Below, piece by piece: positions 30,708-43,200 of a DNA stretch of 64,000 nt. A model generated the notes under the pieces. The model worked only from the letters and a program-made list of their open reading frames with translations, made no database searches and was not told the origin of the DNA. Location of the stretch: assembly GCA_000004985.1 (NCBI GenBank), contig GG738915.1. One strand, written 5' to 3'. The stretch's first letter is position 1; every line of letters begins with the position of its first letter. This DNA comes from Naegleria gruberi. Taxonomy: Eukaryota. Position numbers and translations under genes: made by a program.

Positions 30708-31267
30708 ATGAAAACACTCATCAAGGTACGATTTTTTCTTGTTCAAAATGATGATTAAATATTATCTTTGTGTCGGAATGGAAAATTCAACTCTTATTTT
30801 CATAATTTTAATGTATTATCATGTATTTAATATATTGATAGATTAAATATTTTCCTCCTGTCATTGTTGTCTTGACAGCAATTTCTCTCCTATTTTGTAT
30901 AGTTTTGAGCTTGTTAACAGCACCAGATAGTGTTTCTAAACATTTGCCTGCCCTGAGTGAAACAGGAATATTTCCTCCTACAAAATATATTTTCACAGCA
31001 TCCCTTGTGATACCATCCATATGTTTAATAGTTGGAGCAATTTTGCAATTTATTACAACAAAGGAAAAATTAACCTCATTGGATCATCAACGACACACTT
31101 TAAATTATTGTAATGGATGTTTTAGAATGGGATGGTTGAGTATTGCATCCTGTATTTTTGCTTTGATTTCAGGATTTTGTTTACTTGGACTTGGAATTGT
31201 GCCAATTATGGGAGGAGAAGTTATTGATGATAGTTTACTTTCGAATTCTACTACCTCTACTACTGTA
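30708..31267 (+). CDS. multi-pass membrane gene, copy B (3' part lost in the 31-kb gap); exon 1 30708-30725, exon 2 30842-31267
   Basis: Identical mini-exon MKTLIK. The intron carries a 10-bp insertion relative to copy A. Exon 2 shows one synonymous difference. Confidence 0.5.
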
Positions 31268-34200
31268 NNNNNNNNNNNNNNNNNNNNNNNNNNNNNNNNN
31301 NNNNNNNNNNNNNNNNNNNNNNNNNNNNNNNNNNNNNNNNNNNNNNNNNNNNNNNNNNNNNNNNNNNNNNNNNNNNNNNNNNNNNNNNNNNNNNNNNNNN
31401 NNNNNNNNNNNNNNNNNNNNNNNNNNNNNNNNNNNNNNNNNNNNNNNNNNNNNNNNNNNNNNNNNNNNNNNNNNNNNNNNNNNNNNNNNNNNNNNNNNNN
31501 NNNNNNNNNNNNNNNNNNNNNNNNNNNNNNNNNNNNNNNNNNNNNNNNNNNNNNNNNNNNNNNNNNNNNNNNNNNNNNNNNNNNNNNNNNNNNNNNNNNN
31601 NNNNNNNNNNNNNNNNNNNNNNNNNNNNNNNNNNNNNNNNNNNNNNNNNNNNNNNNNNNNNNNNNNNNNNNNNNNNNNNNNNNNNNNNNNNNNNNNNNNN
31701 NNNNNNNNNNNNNNNNNNNNNNNNNNNNNNNNNNNNNNNNNNNNNNNNNNNNNNNNNNNNNNNNNNNNNNNNNNNNNNNNNNNNNNNNNNNNNNNNNNNN
31801 NNNNNNNNNNNNNNNNNNNNNNNNNNNNNNNNNNNNNNNNNNNNNNNNNNNNNNNNNNNNNNNNNNNNNNNNNNNNNNNNNNNNNNNNNNNNNNNNNNNN
31901 NNNNNNNNNNNNNNNNNNNNNNNNNNNNNNNNNNNNNNNNNNNNNNNNNNNNNNNNNNNNNNNNNNNNNNNNNNNNNNNNNNNNNNNNNNNNNNNNNNNN
32001 NNNNNNNNNNNNNNNNNNNNNNNNNNNNNNNNNNNNNNNNNNNNNNNNNNNNNNNNNNNNNNNNNNNNNNNNNNNNNNNNNNNNNNNNNNNNNNNNNNNN
32101 NNNNNNNNNNNNNNNNNNNNNNNNNNNNNNNNNNNNNNNNNNNNNNNNNNNNNNNNNNNNNNNNNNNNNNNNNNNNNNNNNNNNNNNNNNNNNNNNNNNN
32201 NNNNNNNNNNNNNNNNNNNNNNNNNNNNNNNNNNNNNNNNNNNNNNNNNNNNNNNNNNNNNNNNNNNNNNNNNNNNNNNNNNNNNNNNNNNNNNNNNNNN
32301 NNNNNNNNNNNNNNNNNNNNNNNNNNNNNNNNNNNNNNNNNNNNNNNNNNNNNNNNNNNNNNNNNNNNNNNNNNNNNNNNNNNNNNNNNNNNNNNNNNNN
32401 NNNNNNNNNNNNNNNNNNNNNNNNNNNNNNNNNNNNNNNNNNNNNNNNNNNNNNNNNNNNNNNNNNNNNNNNNNNNNNNNNNNNNNNNNNNNNNNNNNNN
32501 NNNNNNNNNNNNNNNNNNNNNNNNNNNNNNNNNNNNNNNNNNNNNNNNNNNNNNNNNNNNNNNNNNNNNNNNNNNNNNNNNNNNNNNNNNNNNNNNNNNN
32601 NNNNNNNNNNNNNNNNNNNNNNNNNNNNNNNNNNNNNNNNNNNNNNNNNNNNNNNNNNNNNNNNNNNNNNNNNNNNNNNNNNNNNNNNNNNNNNNNNNNN
32701 NNNNNNNNNNNNNNNNNNNNNNNNNNNNNNNNNNNNNNNNNNNNNNNNNNNNNNNNNNNNNNNNNNNNNNNNNNNNNNNNNNNNNNNNNNNNNNNNNNNN
32801 NNNNNNNNNNNNNNNNNNNNNNNNNNNNNNNNNNNNNNNNNNNNNNNNNNNNNNNNNNNNNNNNNNNNNNNNNNNNNNNNNNNNNNNNNNNNNNNNNNNN
32901 NNNNNNNNNNNNNNNNNNNNNNNNNNNNNNNNNNNNNNNNNNNNNNNNNNNNNNNNNNNNNNNNNNNNNNNNNNNNNNNNNNNNNNNNNNNNNNNNNNNN
33001 NNNNNNNNNNNNNNNNNNNNNNNNNNNNNNNNNNNNNNNNNNNNNNNNNNNNNNNNNNNNNNNNNNNNNNNNNNNNNNNNNNNNNNNNNNNNNNNNNNNN
33101 NNNNNNNNNNNNNNNNNNNNNNNNNNNNNNNNNNNNNNNNNNNNNNNNNNNNNNNNNNNNNNNNNNNNNNNNNNNNNNNNNNNNNNNNNNNNNNNNNNNN
33201 NNNNNNNNNNNNNNNNNNNNNNNNNNNNNNNNNNNNNNNNNNNNNNNNNNNNNNNNNNNNNNNNNNNNNNNNNNNNNNNNNNNNNNNNNNNNNNNNNNNN
33301 NNNNNNNNNNNNNNNNNNNNNNNNNNNNNNNNNNNNNNNNNNNNNNNNNNNNNNNNNNNNNNNNNNNNNNNNNNNNNNNNNNNNNNNNNNNNNNNNNNNN
33401 NNNNNNNNNNNNNNNNNNNNNNNNNNNNNNNNNNNNNNNNNNNNNNNNNNNNNNNNNNNNNNNNNNNNNNNNNNNNNNNNNNNNNNNNNNNNNNNNNNNN
33501 NNNNNNNNNNNNNNNNNNNNNNNNNNNNNNNNNNNNNNNNNNNNNNNNNNNNNNNNNNNNNNNNNNNNNNNNNNNNNNNNNNNNNNNNNNNNNNNNNNNN
33601 NNNNNNNNNNNNNNNNNNNNNNNNNNNNNNNNNNNNNNNNNNNNNNNNNNNNNNNNNNNNNNNNNNNNNNNNNNNNNNNNNNNNNNNNNNNNNNNNNNNN
33701 NNNNNNNNNNNNNNNNNNNNNNNNNNNNNNNNNNNNNNNNNNNNNNNNNNNNNNNNNNNNNNNNNNNNNNNNNNNNNNNNNNNNNNNNNNNNNNNNNNNN
33801 NNNNNNNNNNNNNNNNNNNNNNNNNNNNNNNNNNNNNNNNNNNNNNNNNNNNNNNNNNNNNNNNNNNNNNNNNNNNNNNNNNNNNNNNNNNNNNNNNNNN
33901 NNNNNNNNNNNNNNNNNNNNNNNNNNNNNNNNNNNNNNNNNNNNNNNNNNNNNNNNNNNNNNNNNNNNNNNNNNNNNNNNNNNNNNNNNNNNNNNNNNNN
34001 NNNNNNNNNNNNNNNNNNNNNNNNNNNNNNNNNNNNNNNNNNNNNNNNNNNNNNNNNNNNNNNNNNNNNNNNNNNNNNNNNNNNNNNNNNNNNNNNNNNN
34101 NNNNNNNNNNNNNNNNNNNNNNNNNNNNNNNNNNNNNNNNNNNNNNNNNNNNNNNNNNNNNNNNNNNNNNNNNNNNNNNNNNNNNNNNNNNNNNNNNNNN

Positions 34201-37200
34201 NNNNNNNNNNNNNNNNNNNNNNNNNNNNNNNNNNNNNNNNNNNNNNNNNNNNNNNNNNNNNNNNNNNNNNNNNNNNNNNNNNNNNNNNNNNNNNNNNNNN
34301 NNNNNNNNNNNNNNNNNNNNNNNNNNNNNNNNNNNNNNNNNNNNNNNNNNNNNNNNNNNNNNNNNNNNNNNNNNNNNNNNNNNNNNNNNNNNNNNNNNNN
34401 NNNNNNNNNNNNNNNNNNNNNNNNNNNNNNNNNNNNNNNNNNNNNNNNNNNNNNNNNNNNNNNNNNNNNNNNNNNNNNNNNNNNNNNNNNNNNNNNNNNN
34501 NNNNNNNNNNNNNNNNNNNNNNNNNNNNNNNNNNNNNNNNNNNNNNNNNNNNNNNNNNNNNNNNNNNNNNNNNNNNNNNNNNNNNNNNNNNNNNNNNNNN
34601 NNNNNNNNNNNNNNNNNNNNNNNNNNNNNNNNNNNNNNNNNNNNNNNNNNNNNNNNNNNNNNNNNNNNNNNNNNNNNNNNNNNNNNNNNNNNNNNNNNNN
34701 NNNNNNNNNNNNNNNNNNNNNNNNNNNNNNNNNNNNNNNNNNNNNNNNNNNNNNNNNNNNNNNNNNNNNNNNNNNNNNNNNNNNNNNNNNNNNNNNNNNN
34801 NNNNNNNNNNNNNNNNNNNNNNNNNNNNNNNNNNNNNNNNNNNNNNNNNNNNNNNNNNNNNNNNNNNNNNNNNNNNNNNNNNNNNNNNNNNNNNNNNNNN
34901 NNNNNNNNNNNNNNNNNNNNNNNNNNNNNNNNNNNNNNNNNNNNNNNNNNNNNNNNNNNNNNNNNNNNNNNNNNNNNNNNNNNNNNNNNNNNNNNNNNNN
35001 NNNNNNNNNNNNNNNNNNNNNNNNNNNNNNNNNNNNNNNNNNNNNNNNNNNNNNNNNNNNNNNNNNNNNNNNNNNNNNNNNNNNNNNNNNNNNNNNNNNN
35101 NNNNNNNNNNNNNNNNNNNNNNNNNNNNNNNNNNNNNNNNNNNNNNNNNNNNNNNNNNNNNNNNNNNNNNNNNNNNNNNNNNNNNNNNNNNNNNNNNNNN
35201 NNNNNNNNNNNNNNNNNNNNNNNNNNNNNNNNNNNNNNNNNNNNNNNNNNNNNNNNNNNNNNNNNNNNNNNNNNNNNNNNNNNNNNNNNNNNNNNNNNNN
35301 NNNNNNNNNNNNNNNNNNNNNNNNNNNNNNNNNNNNNNNNNNNNNNNNNNNNNNNNNNNNNNNNNNNNNNNNNNNNNNNNNNNNNNNNNNNNNNNNNNNN
35401 NNNNNNNNNNNNNNNNNNNNNNNNNNNNNNNNNNNNNNNNNNNNNNNNNNNNNNNNNNNNNNNNNNNNNNNNNNNNNNNNNNNNNNNNNNNNNNNNNNNN
35501 NNNNNNNNNNNNNNNNNNNNNNNNNNNNNNNNNNNNNNNNNNNNNNNNNNNNNNNNNNNNNNNNNNNNNNNNNNNNNNNNNNNNNNNNNNNNNNNNNNNN
35601 NNNNNNNNNNNNNNNNNNNNNNNNNNNNNNNNNNNNNNNNNNNNNNNNNNNNNNNNNNNNNNNNNNNNNNNNNNNNNNNNNNNNNNNNNNNNNNNNNNNN
35701 NNNNNNNNNNNNNNNNNNNNNNNNNNNNNNNNNNNNNNNNNNNNNNNNNNNNNNNNNNNNNNNNNNNNNNNNNNNNNNNNNNNNNNNNNNNNNNNNNNNN
35801 NNNNNNNNNNNNNNNNNNNNNNNNNNNNNNNNNNNNNNNNNNNNNNNNNNNNNNNNNNNNNNNNNNNNNNNNNNNNNNNNNNNNNNNNNNNNNNNNNNNN
35901 NNNNNNNNNNNNNNNNNNNNNNNNNNNNNNNNNNNNNNNNNNNNNNNNNNNNNNNNNNNNNNNNNNNNNNNNNNNNNNNNNNNNNNNNNNNNNNNNNNNN
36001 NNNNNNNNNNNNNNNNNNNNNNNNNNNNNNNNNNNNNNNNNNNNNNNNNNNNNNNNNNNNNNNNNNNNNNNNNNNNNNNNNNNNNNNNNNNNNNNNNNNN
36101 NNNNNNNNNNNNNNNNNNNNNNNNNNNNNNNNNNNNNNNNNNNNNNNNNNNNNNNNNNNNNNNNNNNNNNNNNNNNNNNNNNNNNNNNNNNNNNNNNNNN
36201 NNNNNNNNNNNNNNNNNNNNNNNNNNNNNNNNNNNNNNNNNNNNNNNNNNNNNNNNNNNNNNNNNNNNNNNNNNNNNNNNNNNNNNNNNNNNNNNNNNNN
36301 NNNNNNNNNNNNNNNNNNNNNNNNNNNNNNNNNNNNNNNNNNNNNNNNNNNNNNNNNNNNNNNNNNNNNNNNNNNNNNNNNNNNNNNNNNNNNNNNNNNN
36401 NNNNNNNNNNNNNNNNNNNNNNNNNNNNNNNNNNNNNNNNNNNNNNNNNNNNNNNNNNNNNNNNNNNNNNNNNNNNNNNNNNNNNNNNNNNNNNNNNNNN
36501 NNNNNNNNNNNNNNNNNNNNNNNNNNNNNNNNNNNNNNNNNNNNNNNNNNNNNNNNNNNNNNNNNNNNNNNNNNNNNNNNNNNNNNNNNNNNNNNNNNNN
36601 NNNNNNNNNNNNNNNNNNNNNNNNNNNNNNNNNNNNNNNNNNNNNNNNNNNNNNNNNNNNNNNNNNNNNNNNNNNNNNNNNNNNNNNNNNNNNNNNNNNN
36701 NNNNNNNNNNNNNNNNNNNNNNNNNNNNNNNNNNNNNNNNNNNNNNNNNNNNNNNNNNNNNNNNNNNNNNNNNNNNNNNNNNNNNNNNNNNNNNNNNNNN
36801 NNNNNNNNNNNNNNNNNNNNNNNNNNNNNNNNNNNNNNNNNNNNNNNNNNNNNNNNNNNNNNNNNNNNNNNNNNNNNNNNNNNNNNNNNNNNNNNNNNNN
36901 NNNNNNNNNNNNNNNNNNNNNNNNNNNNNNNNNNNNNNNNNNNNNNNNNNNNNNNNNNNNNNNNNNNNNNNNNNNNNNNNNNNNNNNNNNNNNNNNNNNN
37001 NNNNNNNNNNNNNNNNNNNNNNNNNNNNNNNNNNNNNNNNNNNNNNNNNNNNNNNNNNNNNNNNNNNNNNNNNNNNNNNNNNNNNNNNNNNNNNNNNNNN
37101 NNNNNNNNNNNNNNNNNNNNNNNNNNNNNNNNNNNNNNNNNNNNNNNNNNNNNNNNNNNNNNNNNNNNNNNNNNNNNNNNNNNNNNNNNNNNNNNNNNNN

Positions 37201-40200
37201 NNNNNNNNNNNNNNNNNNNNNNNNNNNNNNNNNNNNNNNNNNNNNNNNNNNNNNNNNNNNNNNNNNNNNNNNNNNNNNNNNNNNNNNNNNNNNNNNNNNN
37301 NNNNNNNNNNNNNNNNNNNNNNNNNNNNNNNNNNNNNNNNNNNNNNNNNNNNNNNNNNNNNNNNNNNNNNNNNNNNNNNNNNNNNNNNNNNNNNNNNNNN
37401 NNNNNNNNNNNNNNNNNNNNNNNNNNNNNNNNNNNNNNNNNNNNNNNNNNNNNNNNNNNNNNNNNNNNNNNNNNNNNNNNNNNNNNNNNNNNNNNNNNNN
37501 NNNNNNNNNNNNNNNNNNNNNNNNNNNNNNNNNNNNNNNNNNNNNNNNNNNNNNNNNNNNNNNNNNNNNNNNNNNNNNNNNNNNNNNNNNNNNNNNNNNN
37601 NNNNNNNNNNNNNNNNNNNNNNNNNNNNNNNNNNNNNNNNNNNNNNNNNNNNNNNNNNNNNNNNNNNNNNNNNNNNNNNNNNNNNNNNNNNNNNNNNNNN
37701 NNNNNNNNNNNNNNNNNNNNNNNNNNNNNNNNNNNNNNNNNNNNNNNNNNNNNNNNNNNNNNNNNNNNNNNNNNNNNNNNNNNNNNNNNNNNNNNNNNNN
37801 NNNNNNNNNNNNNNNNNNNNNNNNNNNNNNNNNNNNNNNNNNNNNNNNNNNNNNNNNNNNNNNNNNNNNNNNNNNNNNNNNNNNNNNNNNNNNNNNNNNN
37901 NNNNNNNNNNNNNNNNNNNNNNNNNNNNNNNNNNNNNNNNNNNNNNNNNNNNNNNNNNNNNNNNNNNNNNNNNNNNNNNNNNNNNNNNNNNNNNNNNNNN
38001 NNNNNNNNNNNNNNNNNNNNNNNNNNNNNNNNNNNNNNNNNNNNNNNNNNNNNNNNNNNNNNNNNNNNNNNNNNNNNNNNNNNNNNNNNNNNNNNNNNNN
38101 NNNNNNNNNNNNNNNNNNNNNNNNNNNNNNNNNNNNNNNNNNNNNNNNNNNNNNNNNNNNNNNNNNNNNNNNNNNNNNNNNNNNNNNNNNNNNNNNNNNN
38201 NNNNNNNNNNNNNNNNNNNNNNNNNNNNNNNNNNNNNNNNNNNNNNNNNNNNNNNNNNNNNNNNNNNNNNNNNNNNNNNNNNNNNNNNNNNNNNNNNNNN
38301 NNNNNNNNNNNNNNNNNNNNNNNNNNNNNNNNNNNNNNNNNNNNNNNNNNNNNNNNNNNNNNNNNNNNNNNNNNNNNNNNNNNNNNNNNNNNNNNNNNNN
38401 NNNNNNNNNNNNNNNNNNNNNNNNNNNNNNNNNNNNNNNNNNNNNNNNNNNNNNNNNNNNNNNNNNNNNNNNNNNNNNNNNNNNNNNNNNNNNNNNNNNN
38501 NNNNNNNNNNNNNNNNNNNNNNNNNNNNNNNNNNNNNNNNNNNNNNNNNNNNNNNNNNNNNNNNNNNNNNNNNNNNNNNNNNNNNNNNNNNNNNNNNNNN
38601 NNNNNNNNNNNNNNNNNNNNNNNNNNNNNNNNNNNNNNNNNNNNNNNNNNNNNNNNNNNNNNNNNNNNNNNNNNNNNNNNNNNNNNNNNNNNNNNNNNNN
38701 NNNNNNNNNNNNNNNNNNNNNNNNNNNNNNNNNNNNNNNNNNNNNNNNNNNNNNNNNNNNNNNNNNNNNNNNNNNNNNNNNNNNNNNNNNNNNNNNNNNN
38801 NNNNNNNNNNNNNNNNNNNNNNNNNNNNNNNNNNNNNNNNNNNNNNNNNNNNNNNNNNNNNNNNNNNNNNNNNNNNNNNNNNNNNNNNNNNNNNNNNNNN
38901 NNNNNNNNNNNNNNNNNNNNNNNNNNNNNNNNNNNNNNNNNNNNNNNNNNNNNNNNNNNNNNNNNNNNNNNNNNNNNNNNNNNNNNNNNNNNNNNNNNNN
39001 NNNNNNNNNNNNNNNNNNNNNNNNNNNNNNNNNNNNNNNNNNNNNNNNNNNNNNNNNNNNNNNNNNNNNNNNNNNNNNNNNNNNNNNNNNNNNNNNNNNN
39101 NNNNNNNNNNNNNNNNNNNNNNNNNNNNNNNNNNNNNNNNNNNNNNNNNNNNNNNNNNNNNNNNNNNNNNNNNNNNNNNNNNNNNNNNNNNNNNNNNNNN
39201 NNNNNNNNNNNNNNNNNNNNNNNNNNNNNNNNNNNNNNNNNNNNNNNNNNNNNNNNNNNNNNNNNNNNNNNNNNNNNNNNNNNNNNNNNNNNNNNNNNNN
39301 NNNNNNNNNNNNNNNNNNNNNNNNNNNNNNNNNNNNNNNNNNNNNNNNNNNNNNNNNNNNNNNNNNNNNNNNNNNNNNNNNNNNNNNNNNNNNNNNNNNN
39401 NNNNNNNNNNNNNNNNNNNNNNNNNNNNNNNNNNNNNNNNNNNNNNNNNNNNNNNNNNNNNNNNNNNNNNNNNNNNNNNNNNNNNNNNNNNNNNNNNNNN
39501 NNNNNNNNNNNNNNNNNNNNNNNNNNNNNNNNNNNNNNNNNNNNNNNNNNNNNNNNNNNNNNNNNNNNNNNNNNNNNNNNNNNNNNNNNNNNNNNNNNNN
39601 NNNNNNNNNNNNNNNNNNNNNNNNNNNNNNNNNNNNNNNNNNNNNNNNNNNNNNNNNNNNNNNNNNNNNNNNNNNNNNNNNNNNNNNNNNNNNNNNNNNN
39701 NNNNNNNNNNNNNNNNNNNNNNNNNNNNNNNNNNNNNNNNNNNNNNNNNNNNNNNNNNNNNNNNNNNNNNNNNNNNNNNNNNNNNNNNNNNNNNNNNNNN
39801 NNNNNNNNNNNNNNNNNNNNNNNNNNNNNNNNNNNNNNNNNNNNNNNNNNNNNNNNNNNNNNNNNNNNNNNNNNNNNNNNNNNNNNNNNNNNNNNNNNNN
39901 NNNNNNNNNNNNNNNNNNNNNNNNNNNNNNNNNNNNNNNNNNNNNNNNNNNNNNNNNNNNNNNNNNNNNNNNNNNNNNNNNNNNNNNNNNNNNNNNNNNN
40001 NNNNNNNNNNNNNNNNNNNNNNNNNNNNNNNNNNNNNNNNNNNNNNNNNNNNNNNNNNNNNNNNNNNNNNNNNNNNNNNNNNNNNNNNNNNNNNNNNNNN
40101 NNNNNNNNNNNNNNNNNNNNNNNNNNNNNNNNNNNNNNNNNNNNNNNNNNNNNNNNNNNNNNNNNNNNNNNNNNNNNNNNNNNNNNNNNNNNNNNNNNNN

Positions 40201-43200
40201 NNNNNNNNNNNNNNNNNNNNNNNNNNNNNNNNNNNNNNNNNNNNNNNNNNNNNNNNNNNNNNNNNNNNNNNNNNNNNNNNNNNNNNNNNNNNNNNNNNNN
40301 NNNNNNNNNNNNNNNNNNNNNNNNNNNNNNNNNNNNNNNNNNNNNNNNNNNNNNNNNNNNNNNNNNNNNNNNNNNNNNNNNNNNNNNNNNNNNNNNNNNN
40401 NNNNNNNNNNNNNNNNNNNNNNNNNNNNNNNNNNNNNNNNNNNNNNNNNNNNNNNNNNNNNNNNNNNNNNNNNNNNNNNNNNNNNNNNNNNNNNNNNNNN
40501 NNNNNNNNNNNNNNNNNNNNNNNNNNNNNNNNNNNNNNNNNNNNNNNNNNNNNNNNNNNNNNNNNNNNNNNNNNNNNNNNNNNNNNNNNNNNNNNNNNNN
40601 NNNNNNNNNNNNNNNNNNNNNNNNNNNNNNNNNNNNNNNNNNNNNNNNNNNNNNNNNNNNNNNNNNNNNNNNNNNNNNNNNNNNNNNNNNNNNNNNNNNN
40701 NNNNNNNNNNNNNNNNNNNNNNNNNNNNNNNNNNNNNNNNNNNNNNNNNNNNNNNNNNNNNNNNNNNNNNNNNNNNNNNNNNNNNNNNNNNNNNNNNNNN
40801 NNNNNNNNNNNNNNNNNNNNNNNNNNNNNNNNNNNNNNNNNNNNNNNNNNNNNNNNNNNNNNNNNNNNNNNNNNNNNNNNNNNNNNNNNNNNNNNNNNNN
40901 NNNNNNNNNNNNNNNNNNNNNNNNNNNNNNNNNNNNNNNNNNNNNNNNNNNNNNNNNNNNNNNNNNNNNNNNNNNNNNNNNNNNNNNNNNNNNNNNNNNN
41001 NNNNNNNNNNNNNNNNNNNNNNNNNNNNNNNNNNNNNNNNNNNNNNNNNNNNNNNNNNNNNNNNNNNNNNNNNNNNNNNNNNNNNNNNNNNNNNNNNNNN
41101 NNNNNNNNNNNNNNNNNNNNNNNNNNNNNNNNNNNNNNNNNNNNNNNNNNNNNNNNNNNNNNNNNNNNNNNNNNNNNNNNNNNNNNNNNNNNNNNNNNNN
41201 NNNNNNNNNNNNNNNNNNNNNNNNNNNNNNNNNNNNNNNNNNNNNNNNNNNNNNNNNNNNNNNNNNNNNNNNNNNNNNNNNNNNNNNNNNNNNNNNNNNN
41301 NNNNNNNNNNNNNNNNNNNNNNNNNNNNNNNNNNNNNNNNNNNNNNNNNNNNNNNNNNNNNNNNNNNNNNNNNNNNNNNNNNNNNNNNNNNNNNNNNNNN
41401 NNNNNNNNNNNNNNNNNNNNNNNNNNNNNNNNNNNNNNNNNNNNNNNNNNNNNNNNNNNNNNNNNNNNNNNNNNNNNNNNNNNNNNNNNNNNNNNNNNNN
41501 NNNNNNNNNNNNNNNNNNNNNNNNNNNNNNNNNNNNNNNNNNNNNNNNNNNNNNNNNNNNNNNNNNNNNNNNNNNNNNNNNNNNNNNNNNNNNNNNNNNN
41601 NNNNNNNNNNNNNNNNNNNNNNNNNNNNNNNNNNNNNNNNNNNNNNNNNNNNNNNNNNNNNNNNNNNNNNNNNNNNNNNNNNNNNNNNNNNNNNNNNNNN
41701 NNNNNNNNNNNNNNNNNNNNNNNNNNNNNNNNNNNNNNNNNNNNNNNNNNNNNNNNNNNNNNNNNNNNNNNNNNNNNNNNNNNNNNNNNNNNNNNNNNNN
41801 NNNNNNNNNNNNNNNNNNNNNNNNNNNNNNNNNNNNNNNNNNNNNNNNNNNNNNNNNNNNNNNNNNNNNNNNNNNNNNNNNNNNNNNNNNNNNNNNNNNN
41901 NNNNNNNNNNNNNNNNNNNNNNNNNNNNNNNNNNNNNNNNNNNNNNNNNNNNNNNNNNNNNNNNNNNNNNNNNNNNNNNNNNNNNNNNNNNNNNNNNNNN
42001 NNNNNNNNNNNNNNNNNNNNNNNNNNNNNNNNNNNNNNNNNNNNNNNNNNNNNNNNNNNNNNNNNNNNNNNNNNNNNNNNNNNNNNNNNNNNNNNNNNNN
42101 NNNNNNNNNNNNNNNNNNNNNNNNNNNNNNNNNNNNNNNNNNNNNNNNNNNNNNNNNNNNNNNNNNNNNNNNNNNNNNNNNNNNNNNNNNNNNNNNNNNN
42201 NNNNNNNNNNNNNNNNNNNNNNNNNNNNNNNNNNNNNNNNNNNNNNNNNNNNNNNNNNNNNNNNNNNNNNNNNNNNNNNNNNNNNNNNNNNNNNNNNNNN
42301 NNNNNNNNNNNNNNNNNNNNNNNNNNNNNNNNNNNNNNNNNNNNNNNNNNNNNNNNNNNNNNNNNNNNNNNNNNNNNNNNNNNNNNNNNNNNNNNNNNNN
42401 NNNNNNNNNNNNNNNNNNNNNNNNNNNNNNNNNNNNNNNNNNNNNNNNNNNNNNNNNNNNNNNNNNNNNNNNNNNNNNNNNNNNNNNNNNNNNNNNNNNN
42501 NNNNNNNNNNNNNNNNNNNNNNNNNNNNNNNNNNNNNNNNNNNNNNNNNNNNNNNNNNNNNNNNNNNNNNNNNNNNNNNNNNNNNNNNNNNNNNNNNNNN
42601 NNNNNNNNNNNNNNNNNNNNNNNNNNNNNNNNNNNNNNNNNNNNNNNNNNNNNNNNNNNNNNNNNNNNNNNNNNNNNNNNNNNNNNNNNNNNNNNNNNNN
42701 NNNNNNNNNNNNNNNNNNNNNNNNNNNNNNNNNNNNNNNNNNNNNNNNNNNNNNNNNNNNNNNNNNNNNNNNNNNNNNNNNNNNNNNNNNNNNNNNNNNN
42801 NNNNNNNNNNNNNNNNNNNNNNNNNNNNNNNNNNNNNNNNNNNNNNNNNNNNNNNNNNNNNNNNNNNNNNNNNNNNNNNNNNNNNNNNNNNNNNNNNNNN
42901 NNNNNNNNNNNNNNNNNNNNNNNNNNNNNNNNNNNNNNNNNNNNNNNNNNNNNNNNNNNNNNNNNNNNNNNNNNNNNNNNNNNNNNNNNNNNNNNNNNNN
43001 NNNNNNNNNNNNNNNNNNNNNNNNNNNNNNNNNNNNNNNNNNNNNNNNNNNNNNNNNNNNNNNNNNNNNNNNNNNNNNNNNNNNNNNNNNNNNNNNNNNN
43101 NNNNNNNNNNNNNNNNNNNNNNNNNNNNNNNNNNNNNNNNNNNNNNNNNNNNNNNNNNNNNNNNNNNNNNNNNNNNNNNNNNNNNNNNNNNNNNNNNNNN

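Larger units (their letters stand above)
29682..31267. repeat. segmental duplicate, copy B (~1.59 kb), bounded on both sides by N-runs
   Basis: See copy A. Begins immediately after the 50-N gap and ends at the 31-kb N-run. Confidence 0.9.
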
